This document shows, one piece after another, positions 23,401 to 31,173 of a DNA stretch of 64,000 nucleotides. The stretch spans positions 64,001-128,000 of the IMG/VR virus record IMGVR_UViG_3300021963_000035. One strand, written 5' to 3'. The notes below the pieces were generated by a model that did not search any database, was not told the DNA's origin, and saw only the letters and a program-made list of their open reading frames with translations. The position numbers were made by a program, and so were the translations under genes. Source of the stretch: a virus. Within the stretch, counting starts at the first letter, position 1; the number at the start of each line of letters is the position of its first letter.

Positions 23401-25976
23401 GGGCAACGATCACTTACGGTTCTCTAGCAAGAATACTAGTAAGTCTAGGATCAGCTCACGGGTTATTGCCAGGAAACGCTATTTCTACAGTTATTACATC
23501 CGCCGGAACAAATCATCAATTAGCAGCCGGACCTTTCTTTGTTGAAGAAGTGCCTAATCCTCAGACATTGAAATATAGTTGTAGAACTACCGGTACAGTT
23601 CAGGCTGGTTTAACTGGAATACTTTATCCTAGATCAGACGGATTCTTCGTACATAGACCTTACGACGGTGGTGTTCAATTAGGTACCGGTGGCCCACAAC
23701 ACGGCGCACAGGCGATTCGTATGAGTAAAAAATACATACGTTACCAGTCTGGTAAGGGAGCTATGTATAACACTGGTGCATTATTTGCTCCGAGCTATGA
23801 TCTAAGATCCGCAACGGCTAGTGGATTAACAATAGGAAGTACTATAACATTTGTAGTAGATGATAATGATCACGGATTACAAGTTGGCGCTATAATTAAT
23901 GTAACAGGAATAGTGAGTTTAGGATATAATGGAACATATACAGTTTCAGAAATTATAGATGAAAGAACTTTTAGAGTTATTACTTCTACAACCTTAAGAA
24001 CTACTAGCGCAGTGTTGGGAGCTCAAAGTCAGATTTCTTGTAAATTCTGGCACGGATCAGTTGTTCGTTCTGGACCGTTTGACGATCAAAATGGTATTTT
24101 CTTTGAATATGACGGAACCCAGCTAGCAGTTGTTAAAAGGTCTAGCACTTTCCAGTTAGCAGGTACTGCTTCTATAAATGTAGATTCGAACTCATTGATC
24201 GGAACCAATACTCGTTTTCTAGATCAACTAAAAGTTGGTGATAGAATCGTTATTAAAGGAATGACTCACGTAGTTAGCCAGGTTAATAGTCAGACCAACA
24301 TAGCGGTTACTCCTGATTACAGGGGAACATCAAATGCTGTTAATGCCAAAATCTGTCTAACACAAGATCTTAAGATCCCTCAGAGTCAATGGAATCTTGA
24401 TCGTTGTGACGGAACTGGTCCTAGCAGATATGTCGTAGATGTTACAAAAATGCAGATGATCGGCATACAGTTTAGCTGGTATGGTGCTGGTTTTATTGAT
24501 TGGATGTTTAGAGGTCCAAAAGGAGACTACGTATTCTGCCATAGACTAAAAGGCAACAACGTTAATACTGAAGCATATATGCGTACTGGTAACTTGCCTG
24601 TACGTTATGAAGTTCTTAATGAAGGTGCTAGAACTAGATTAGCCAGTGCAATGACTAACAGTCAAACTACTATGTCATTAGAAGATGGATCATTCTTCCC
24701 TAATGTTGGAACTGTGTATTGTGAAAACGAATTGATTAGTTATAGTGCTAAATCTGGAAATACACTTACAGGGTTAGTTAGATCGGCTAGCTTAACTAAC
24801 TTTGCAGCAGGTGCTCAAAGATCTTATACAGCAGGTCCGGCTGCTACTCACGCTGTAAATTCGGGAGTTATTTTAGCATCAGTTACTAACAGTCCACTGA
24901 TTAGCCACTGGGGTAGTGCTTACCTAATTGACGGTGGATTTGATAGCGATCGTGGATATCTGTTTAACTATCAGTTAACATCTTTCAGTGCTACAACCGC
25001 TAAACAGTGTGCATTCCTTATTAGGTTAGCTCCTAGTGTTTCTAATGCAGTGCCGGGAGATTTAGGTGAACGTGAATTACTTAATCGTTCTCAGTTATTG
25101 CTAAAATCAATTGAGGTTATTGGCGGTACTAGCGGCCAGACAATTGTTGTTGAAGGTGTATTAAATCCACAAAATTACCCAACTAACAGTGCGGTATTTA
25201 CAGGTTCAATCAGCGGAACAACATTAACTGTAACAGCAATGAACAGTGGTGTTATCGTTGTAGGTCAAACATTAACTGGTGGCGGCAGCCCTTCTATTAC
25301 CCCAACATTGACAATAACAGCATTGGGTACTGGATCGGGTGGAGTCGGAACATATACTGTTTCGTCTAGCCAAACAGTTGGTATTGGAACAATATTTGCA
25401 AGTCCATCAACTGTAAACTGGTTTGCCCTGAACAACGCAGCGCAAGGTGGTCTACCGTCGTTCTGTCAAATCGCATTGGGATCTGATACAAGTTTTGAAG
25501 GTGCTGGAACTACTGTTACCGCAGCATTAACGAGTAACTTGCAAAGTGGTAGAACTACAGCTCAGTTCTCTAATGCATCGGTGGCAGCTGTACAGGTTGG
25601 TTGGACAGCAACATCGGCTGCAAGCATACCATCTGGTACTGCGGTAACTAGAGTTCAGATCGATACTCCAACTTCGGGCACCACATCTATCACACTTAGC
25701 AAAGCGGCAACTGGCACCATAACATCGACTACAAACTTTTCATTTAGTGCTCCGGGATATGCGAACCCAGGTGAACAGGTATTTGCGTTCGCTGCTAACA
25801 CAGGTGACCGTCAGATTCTAGAATTATCAGATTTGAAAGAATTAACTAACTCTGCGGTTGGTGGTAGAGGAGCGTTCCCGAATGGTCCAGACGTATTGGC
25901 TATTAATGCTTTCGTCACTAGCGGTGCAGCAAACACTGTGTCGTTGTTGCTACGTTGGTCAGAAGCTCAAGCTTGA
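20484..25976 (+). CDS. Large modular virion protein (1830 aa) with a LamG/ConA-like domain; paralog of 10554..19226
   Basis: Shares core motifs with the 2890-aa protein. LLMHFDG...DYTIEF...WYHVAVSR...VDEVRIT (about 22310-22920) is a LamG-like lectin fold. Confidence 0.8.
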   Translation: MAKRKIDSYIFAPGTSTNSNAYPNAYALLLANRSYLLAESTAYIQNQISNNVPAFVGFNYDPVKCQRDTGYVIDAYLNDLRYGGNRQTREVVSYYWDGTTPQIGGTRAPEIAVYNWLIGVINTYILTKTLAPSYQFSVVQTTTGSAAEGGASARLTTLNTITVNVITNGLSSLPALVNGVGTLKIPEKIDLENFLLISNVTKNAIMYDFTDPTVGITVDIKASKDENFPTALQGNDGFTVVHFVTDTSTYSSDDEIQIFVENKEQITRPWNFGTDAIERMRVAAPQAMIDADFEYGLQPTKWQAITSNRGYPSTFEIPGSDLIVTDVRTDASTGSNNIGPSLITVTTSSPHFLIAGQPITIKALASTVLGFSRAEGTFIVNTVPTATSFTYYAKSKVGTVDQEVVATSYTQLRRAGFYTGASLGSAAFTVDSPGSSGTITASLNVPSGASIIPFTGTAPPVNAPITSATNITAGTQFTSILGSGGTVTTKTIAENSQIGDNSITIDNVTNVQTGLVVNNGTGSSAAVTSVVGNVVTLNSPITAFRQGISGTYTGISGTSIGTLGTGLSLNLYNSAGTYSLLTFNNQGTGYSVNDVLEISGTSVNVYETTQLLMHFDGGNNSTVFLDETGKTFTLFGNAVVSTTQSVFGGSSFRVNNTLGATPAAGYITTATTNKLRLGISDYTIEFRIRITTGGNDQAILDFRSQAVDNALLIGLTNSNAVYVYSNGAIVAQGGSALALNTWYHVAVSRANGDITIALNGANDNLAGPYTDTNNYNIDVPLRIGADYSGQYGAAAFVDEVRITLGVTRYPTYPFTIPASAFGPDSVGTTSNGAIIRVTGIGPSGEVATIQTLNTGTAPGNSGQEYYYLSPTPIPGQGSGAVFTVRRQSGTYSVVAVTTPGTNYQSNNKIRVLGTALGGATPANDLVIEVGVVLGTGVSTASAFSGTASTTGTSLAFLSSVSLNAVTTGAITSGATITYGSLARILVSLGSAHGLLPGNAISTVITSAGTNHQLAAGPFFVEEVPNPQTLKYSCRTTGTVQAGLTGILYPRSDGFFVHRPYDGGVQLGTGGPQHGAQAIRMSKKYIRYQSGKGAMYNTGALFAPSYDLRSATASGLTIGSTITFVVDDNDHGLQVGAIINVTGIVSLGYNGTYTVSEIIDERTFRVITSTTLRTTSAVLGAQSQISCKFWHGSVVRSGPFDDQNGIFFEYDGTQLAVVKRSSTFQLAGTASINVDSNSLIGTNTRFLDQLKVGDRIVIKGMTHVVSQVNSQTNIAVTPDYRGTSNAVNAKICLTQDLKIPQSQWNLDRCDGTGPSRYVVDVTKMQMIGIQFSWYGAGFIDWMFRGPKGDYVFCHRLKGNNVNTEAYMRTGNLPVRYEVLNEGARTRLASAMTNSQTTMSLEDGSFFPNVGTVYCENELISYSAKSGNTLTGLVRSASLTNFAAGAQRSYTAGPAATHAVNSGVILASVTNSPLISHWGSAYLIDGGFDSDRGYLFNYQLTSFSATTAKQCAFLIRLAPSVSNAVPGDLGERELLNRSQLLLKSIEVIGGTSGQTIVVEGVLNPQNYPTNSAVFTGSISGTTLTVTAMNSGVIVVGQTLTGGGSPSITPTLTITALGTGSGGVGTYTVSSSQTVGIGTIFASPSTVNWFALNNAAQGGLPSFCQIALGSDTSFEGAGTTVTAALTSNLQSGRTTAQFSNASVAAVQVGWTATSAASIPSGTAVTRVQIDTPTSGTTSITLSKAATGTITSTTNFSFSAPGYANPGEQVFAFAANTGDRQILELSDLKELTNSAVGGRGAFPNGPDVLAINAFVTSGAANTVSLLLRWSEAQA

Positions 25977-26233
25977 TTACAGAGAGATTCGAGTTGGTAT
26001 CGAATCTCTCTTAATTTATGTCCATGTTCCTGGTGTTGTGGCATAAAGACCTTTATGTCACCGATGACCACGTTATGGAAGAAATAATCTAGTTCTTTAG
26101 CCTGTGCTAAGAATTGATTATAAAGAGATTCTGCTTTATCTTTTATATTTTCGTCTGTACATTCTTGTATAAATTTTTTATACTTTTCACAGTCTCTTTC
26201 AAATAGTTTATTTCTAGAAATACTAGTCGACAT
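25967..26233 (-). CDS. Hypothetical protein (88 aa, helical)
   Basis: Last ORF of a coupled minus-strand run; start overlaps the stop of 26223..26615. Confidence 0.6.
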   Translation of the reverse strand: MSTSISRNKLFERDCEKYKKFIQECTDENIKDKAESLYNQFLAQAKELDYFFHNVVIGDIKVFMPQHQEHGHKLREIRYQLESLCNQA

Positions 26234-26615
26234 AATTCCTACTCATTACTAATATAGTTTCAATTTTACTTCTGATTAAAGAATTATTTAAGGTTGTTTT
26301 TAATCCCGTGTGTAGATTTTTAGGTAAATCGTCTAAGTCAGCCCAACATATAGTATTAATTTTAGTAGTCAAAAATTCACAGTCTACTAAGCAGATGTAA
26401 GTACTGTATTCGAACCCTCGATCTTCACTCAAATAAAGTTCGATTGGTATTATCCTACCTTCGCTGCCCTTAAAGCTAACTATCAATTCTTTTGCATCAT
26501 CAAGTAAATTTGATTGATGTTCAAATGTAGGAACAGTCCACTTTAGATTTTCGTGGATTAGCAGTATTCTTTGGGTTTGACTAGAAAGAAAAAGTATACC
26601 TGCACGTTTTTGCAT
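26223..26615 (-). CDS. NUDIX-fold-like protein with degenerate Nudix box
   Basis: AGILF.S....RILL N-terminus and F.Y.TY.C.V..EF...W..L..LP..LH.GL C-terminus as in phage NUDIX proteins, but no GX5EX7REUXEE box. Confidence 0.5.
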   Translation of the reverse strand: MQKRAGILFLSSQTQRILLIHENLKWTVPTFEHQSNLLDDAKELIVSFKGSEGRIIPIELYLSEDRGFEYSTYICLVDCEFLTTKINTICWADLDDLPKNLHTGLKTTLNNSLIRSKIETILVMSRNYVD

Positions 26616-26626
26616 GTAGATACTTA

Positions 26627-28072
26627 TTAAGGATTCATAACAAAGCGCCAGTATCCGGCAGTGTATTCGCCTTCAAAACTCTTAAGCCACTGTTCCCCGT
26701 CCCACTTATACTGTATTCCAGTTGTAAGATTTTGAACATAAACCGGAGGAGTTAAATTATTACCTTGACTATTAAAGATTATAGTCCAGGAACTGCCATT
26801 CCATTCGATAATATCATTAGCGTTCGCACGTAGATTACCCCAGGCATATACTCCTGGCAACAAACTTTCGCCAGCGCCTGTCGGGACTCCATCTTGATCA
26901 CTATCATAAAATCCTACTGAGGGATTAATATCTTCTAAGATTAAAAATCTCGTACCCACAGCCGATCCTCTCGGATTAAATTTAATAGGATCGATAATAG
27001 CATCGATTGTAGTTCTTCCTGAAATAATAGTGTTAGATGGTTTATCTTCTATGGTCACAAGTAGATAGGTACTGTCAACTTCATTGATAACAAACGTTCC
27101 TCTTAATTCGTTACCGTTAGGTTGTAGGAAGAAGATCTGGCTAATTCCTGGTTGATAGGCTTCGTGTTGATCTAGGATTAGATGCCAATCTAGCCTATCT
27201 CCCATGCGTTGAGGAACATCTAATCCTAAATTCTTAACTGCTTCGTGAGCATCTAATAAACTCAAATCATAATCATTAGATTGTCCATTGTTGCTTTTGA
27301 GTAACAATACACCAAAATTACTAGGTGTGGTGATAACTTTAGAGTTAGGGTTACCGTTATACACAAGATTGTTAATGTTAATAACATCTCCATCCTCACT
27401 GAAGATATTCATTATAACACTCTTTACAACACCTAATTGTTTTACTTTTGCAGGGGGAGTGATGTATATAGGCATAGAACAATCTATAGAGCAAATATCA
27501 ATATCGTTTTCTGTACCTTGAGGAATAGTTCTGCTTGAAAAAATTATGCTGTTTAGATCAACAACACTAAGGCTAGTCCAATCTATGTAGTTGTCTGTGG
27601 TTTGTATTTCTAAACTAGGATTAAACAACACTAACATTTGTTCTAACAACTGTAATTTTTGATCAGTATTCGAAGTCCAAATATCTGCCTTCATTGATAG
27701 TTTGTAAGGAGTTGGCATTAATCGTTCAATGGTATAGTTTGCTCCTTGAGAATTTCCGTAAATAGGATCTCCATTATTATCGAAACTATCATACTGCCTT
27801 TCTCGCAAATTCATCTTACTGACAAAACTAGCATCTGCTAGTCTTGACGTATCGAGTTCTAAATTACTGATGTAGCAGCTTATTCTCGGCACCGATGGCA
27901 TCTTATTTTCTGAATTATCTTTGATTATCGACGCAACTGATCTAGATAAATCCCCGTACATTACAGGAACGTGGCGCAGCTCTCCATCGCCGGATTTATA
28001 TTTGAAACCGATGAAAATACGCATAAACTGTGTTACGTATCTTCTTATTTGCCCGTCGTAAAAGAAATCCAT
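26627..28072 (-). CDS. Tail terminator / sheath stabiliser, T4 gp15-like (C-terminally extended)
   Basis: FFYD.QIRRY..QF..IF, VP..YG, PRIS, P.PY.L, QLLEQ.L..FNP motifs of the gp15 family. Confidence 0.75.
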   Translation of the reverse strand: MDFFYDGQIRRYVTQFMRIFIGFKYKSGDGELRHVPVMYGDLSRSVASIIKDNSENKMPSVPRISCYISNLELDTSRLADASFVSKMNLRERQYDSFDNNGDPIYGNSQGANYTIERLMPTPYKLSMKADIWTSNTDQKLQLLEQMLVLFNPSLEIQTTDNYIDWTSLSVVDLNSIIFSSRTIPQGTENDIDICSIDCSMPIYITPPAKVKQLGVVKSVIMNIFSEDGDVININNLVYNGNPNSKVITTPSNFGVLLLKSNNGQSNDYDLSLLDAHEAVKNLGLDVPQRMGDRLDWHLILDQHEAYQPGISQIFFLQPNGNELRGTFVINEVDSTYLLVTIEDKPSNTIISGRTTIDAIIDPIKFNPRGSAVGTRFLILEDINPSVGFYDSDQDGVPTGAGESLLPGVYAWGNLRANANDIIEWNGSSWTIIFNSQGNNLTPPVYVQNLTTGIQYKWDGEQWLKSFEGEYTAGYWRFVMNP

Positions 28073-29274
28073 TAATTATCTGCCTTTGGTCTTAGTGCTT
28101 TGCTCAAGCTTTGTTTTTCATTGATTTGTTTACCATTGATCGTGTTTACTGTTGTGTTATTAATAAATGTTGATCGTTGATTAGTTCTTGTAGGTTTGCC
28201 CTCAAAGCGTTCTCCTGACACTACATCAGATGGTCCTAAGTTACTCATCGTAGTTCTTACACTATCTTCTACCTTGATCCAAATAGAGCCATTATATCGG
28301 AACAATCTATTAGGAAGATAATCTGTTCGTAAACAATAATCACCCGGTTGTGCAGTTAACGGAAATGAAATTCCACTAGTAAATGGAGCACCATTGGGCG
28401 GAAAATCATTTCCAATCAGGTACCCATCATAACCTTGTTTTACTGCATTTTCTATAACAACACTGGCATCTAATGTACTTGATGAAGCATCTATAGTTTC
28501 GGCATCAGCAGTCAGCAGTTCGGGTCTACCGTCATCTCCAGTTTGCAATGTATAGAATTGAACAGTTTCATATCCGCTCAAAGGAGCATCCGCCTCAGCC
28601 TGATCTAAAACAGCTTTAGTGATCTGCATTTCTTTTTCGTAAGTAGACATAATGTCTCGAAGAGATTGAGTACTTCCCTCTTCGGCTGCACCATCTAAAA
28701 TCTGTTTAAATTCTTGGCTGTCTACTAACGGTGTGCATTTTGCTCTGTATAAGTGAGGATACCATGTTGCCGAAAATCCTTCAGCAGCTCTAGTTACATC
28801 TTGAATTACATAAAATCTCTTGAGAGCAAATTTAAAATCATTTAATGCATTGTAATCTTTTAAGTGTGGTAATTCAATAACATCACCACTCATAAGTTTT
28901 CTACCTATTTTTTCTACAGTATCGTTGATATGAAAAGTTATAAAAATCGTGTCGTTCTGCAAAAATAAACCAAATTGACTTAGATTAAAATCTAAATCTT
29001 GTATGTTATAAACACCCCTTAACACATACACATCGGGAGAATATTTGCGATCTCTATTTTCTAAAAACAGTAGATCTTGTATTTGAGTTTCTGTAGTATT
29101 TCCACCGTAATTTGGTATAGTGGGAGAATTTTCTCCCGCTGGAACGGCGCCCGGCCCTAAATACTTGTGTACAAAAACGTCAGTACCGCCCACCTGGAAC
29201 ATTTCCCAGATAGTTTTATCGAAAAATTTATAGTCGTTACCGCGTTCGGGGCGATATAATGAAAGTCTTGGCAT
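28072..29274 (-). CDS. Neck / head-closure protein, gp14-like
   Basis: Likely start MPRLSLYRPE at 29274, 7 nt after a minus-strand TAAATA. LSQFGLFL.ND...F and GDVIELP motifs; adjacent to gp13-like and gp15-like genes. Confidence 0.65.
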   Translation of the reverse strand: MPRLSLYRPERGNDYKFFDKTIWEMFQVGGTDVFVHKYLGPGAVPAGENSPTIPNYGGNTTETQIQDLLFLENRDRKYSPDVYVLRGVYNIQDLDFNLSQFGLFLQNDTIFITFHINDTVEKIGRKLMSGDVIELPHLKDYNALNDFKFALKRFYVIQDVTRAAEGFSATWYPHLYRAKCTPLVDSQEFKQILDGAAEEGSTQSLRDIMSTYEKEMQITKAVLDQAEADAPLSGYETVQFYTLQTGDDGRPELLTADAETIDASSSTLDASVVIENAVKQGYDGYLIGNDFPPNGAPFTSGISFPLTAQPGDYCLRTDYLPNRLFRYNGSIWIKVEDSVRTTMSNLGPSDVVSGERFEGKPTRTNQRSTFINNTTVNTINGKQINEKQSLSKALRPKADN

Positions 29275-29281
29275 AGTTATA

Positions 29282-29302
29282 TATTTACCGCTACGATAAA
29301 TA
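29282..29302. promoter_or_regulatory. Divergent pair of late promoter boxes
   Basis: TATTTA (29282-29287; TAAATA on minus strand) and TAAATA (29297-29302) in a 33-nt gap between divergent neck genes. Confidence 0.7.
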
Positions 29303-29307
29303 CTTGT

Positions 29308-30066
29308 ATGAGCCAAATTGATCAAGACAAACAAGCGGTCTACGACTATTGCAAAGCCATGCTGGGCGACGGCATGATCGATATAGAATTGGACCCAATC
29401 CATTATGAAACAGCACTTAGTCGTGCTCTAGCGGTTTTCCGTCAACGCAGCGATAATGCTGTAGAGGAAAGCATGGTATTTCTTACAATGGAAACGGACA
29501 AAAACGAGTACATACTTCCAAAAGAAATACAGCAAGTAAGACAAGTTTTTCGAAGAAGCATAGGCAGCAGAAGCGGTGGTGGCGGTGGTGGCACTGTATT
29601 TGAGCCGTTTAATTTGGCATACACTAACACCTATCTTTTAAGCTCTACTAACATGGGCGGACTTGCAACATATGATCTATTTGCCCAGTATCAAGAACAA
29701 GTAGGTCGAATGTTTGGTTCTTTTATTAATTTTCACTGGATCCCTCAAAGTAGAAAATTAGTCATCCAGCAGCGTCCTAGGAGTAATGAAGAAATAATGC
29801 TATGGGTGTATAACACCAGACCTGATAGTGCTATAATACAAGACACTTACTCCGGACAATGGATCAAAGATTATGCACTGGCTAACTGTAAAATGATGCT
29901 AGGGCAAGCTCGTGAAAAGTTTGGTCAGATCGCTGGCCCACAAGGCGGAACACAATTGAACGGTGCTAGTTTAAAACAAGAAGCACAAGCTGACCTCGAA
30001 CGGCTGACCTTAGAGTTGGTAAATCTAGTTCCTGGCGGTATTGGTTATACATTCATTATCGGTTAA
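29308..30066 (+). CDS. Neck / head-tail adaptor protein, T4 gp13-like
   Basis: DYC...LG...IDIEL, WIKDYALA.CK..LG.AR.KF..I.GP.GG..LNG, F.IG C-terminus. Confidence 0.85.
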   Translation: MSQIDQDKQAVYDYCKAMLGDGMIDIELDPIHYETALSRALAVFRQRSDNAVEESMVFLTMETDKNEYILPKEIQQVRQVFRRSIGSRSGGGGGGTVFEPFNLAYTNTYLLSSTNMGGLATYDLFAQYQEQVGRMFGSFINFHWIPQSRKLVIQQRPRSNEEIMLWVYNTRPDSAIIQDTYSGQWIKDYALANCKMMLGQAREKFGQIAGPQGGTQLNGASLKQEAQADLERLTLELVNLVPGGIGYTFIIG

Positions 30067-30073
30067 TTCAGGT

Positions 30074-30103
30074 TTGACCTAACACAAATTTTTCTAGTAT
30101 ACT
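30074..30103 (+). promoter_or_regulatory. Sigma70-type promoter for dNMP kinase
   Basis: TTGACC-N18-TATACT, followed by SD GGAG. Confidence 0.6.
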
Positions 30104-30124
30104 TACACTATCACTGGAGAATTT

Positions 30125-30820
30125 ATGATCATAGGTATTTGCGGATTTATTGGCAGCGGCAAAGACACAGTTGCCGACTATCTGGTTAACTTCCACGGAT
30201 TTCGTAGAGAAAGCTTCGCTAACACATTAAAAGACGCGGTTGCAGCCGTTTTTGGTTGGGACCGCGTTCTCTTAGAAGGACGTACAAAAGAAGCTCGAGA
30301 GTGGCGAGAGCAAAAAGATGAATGGTGGAGCAATCGACTAGGCCGTGATATAACTCCTCGTTGGGTGTTACAATACTGGGGCACCGAAGTGTGCCGCAGA
30401 GGATTCCACGACGATATTTGGATTGCTAGTTTAGAGAATAAACTACGTAATAGCAAAGACGATGTGGTAATTTCAGACTGCCGCTTTCCTAATGAAATTT
30501 CTGCTATCAAAAAAGCCAACGGAAAAGTAGTGCGAGTTATTCGAGGTGCAGAACCCGAGTGGTATCAGGATGCAGTTAATGTAAATGCTGGTCCTACTGG
30601 TAACATGGCCTGGGCATTGAGCAAAGACAAGCTTAATAAATTAGGCATTCACGCTAGCGAAACATCCTGGGTAGGAACTAAATTTGATCACATGCTAGAC
30701 AATAATTCTACGATTGACGATCTGTTTAGGCAGGTTAGAAATCTGGTACAAGATCCCCTTGACGCCAGTGAATCCCCTCTTTATGTAACAGTCTCTGACA
30801 GTTTGCACATACAGTCTTAA
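30125..30820 (+). CDS. Deoxynucleoside monophosphate kinase, T4 gp1-like
   Basis: IIGICGFIGSGKDT P-loop, SFA..LK, TPR.VLQ.WGTEV.R, VISDCRF.NE, HASE. Confidence 0.92.
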   Translation: MIIGICGFIGSGKDTVADYLVNFHGFRRESFANTLKDAVAAVFGWDRVLLEGRTKEAREWREQKDEWWSNRLGRDITPRWVLQYWGTEVCRRGFHDDIWIASLENKLRNSKDDVVISDCRFPNEISAIKKANGKVVRVIRGAEPEWYQDAVNVNAGPTGNMAWALSKDKLNKLGIHASETSWVGTKFDHMLDNNSTIDDLFRQVRNLVQDPLDASESPLYVTVSDSLHIQS

Positions 30821-31067
30821 GATTACTATAACGACAGTTGTTAAGATCCCCGTCCACATGAAATACCGCAAATACTTCAGGATGGGGACTCTTAAACCCG
30901 CACTTATCACACTGGGTTTTTTTCTTATATCCAGCCCGCATCCATCTAGGTGTTGATACTTCTCCTTTATAAAGGCACTTTTCACAGAGCCTTCTATAAA
31001 AGGTCTTTCCATTTTTTCTATAATTAACGGCTGCTGGTCGCATACCGCACTTACAAAGCGGTCTCAT
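30735..31067 (-). CDS. Small HNH-like Zn-binding endonuclease
   Basis: CKC..., C..C, CDKCGF...V.HVDG...N....NL.TVCANC; TAAATA 5 nt upstream of the ATG. Confidence 0.75.
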   Translation of the reverse strand: MRPLCKCGMRPAAVNYRKNGKTFYRRLCEKCLYKGEVSTPRWMRAGYKKKTQCDKCGFKSPHPEVFAVFHVDGDLNNCRYSNLKTVCANCQRLLHKEGIHWRQGDLVPDF

Positions 31068-31173
31068 GCAAATATTTACACCTTTTTGGCCCCTTTTAAT
31101 CTAGTTCAAACAATGCATTTTTTCAAAATGCCGCTAAATATTATGAGTAGATTAATACCGGGAGATTTATCAG

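Noticed and set aside
746-24542. Many 60-125 aa minus-strand ORFs inside the structural genes
   Set aside because: Antisense shadows of Gly/Thr/Asn-rich genes; no SD or promoter and no motifs.
29275-29403. N-terminal extension of the minus-strand neck gene given in the ORF track (start 29403)
   Set aside because: It overlaps the gp13-like gene antisense; the ATG at 29274 sits just behind its own late box.
30695-31012. Second minus-strand ORF overlapping the HNH gene
   Set aside because: Alternative frame with no motifs; the HNH frame has the Cys/His pattern and the promoter.
31079-31131. CCTTTT direct repeat and a short GCATTTT/AAAATGC stem between the HNH and sheath genes
   Set aside because: Too short and AT-rich to distinguish from chance without comparative data.
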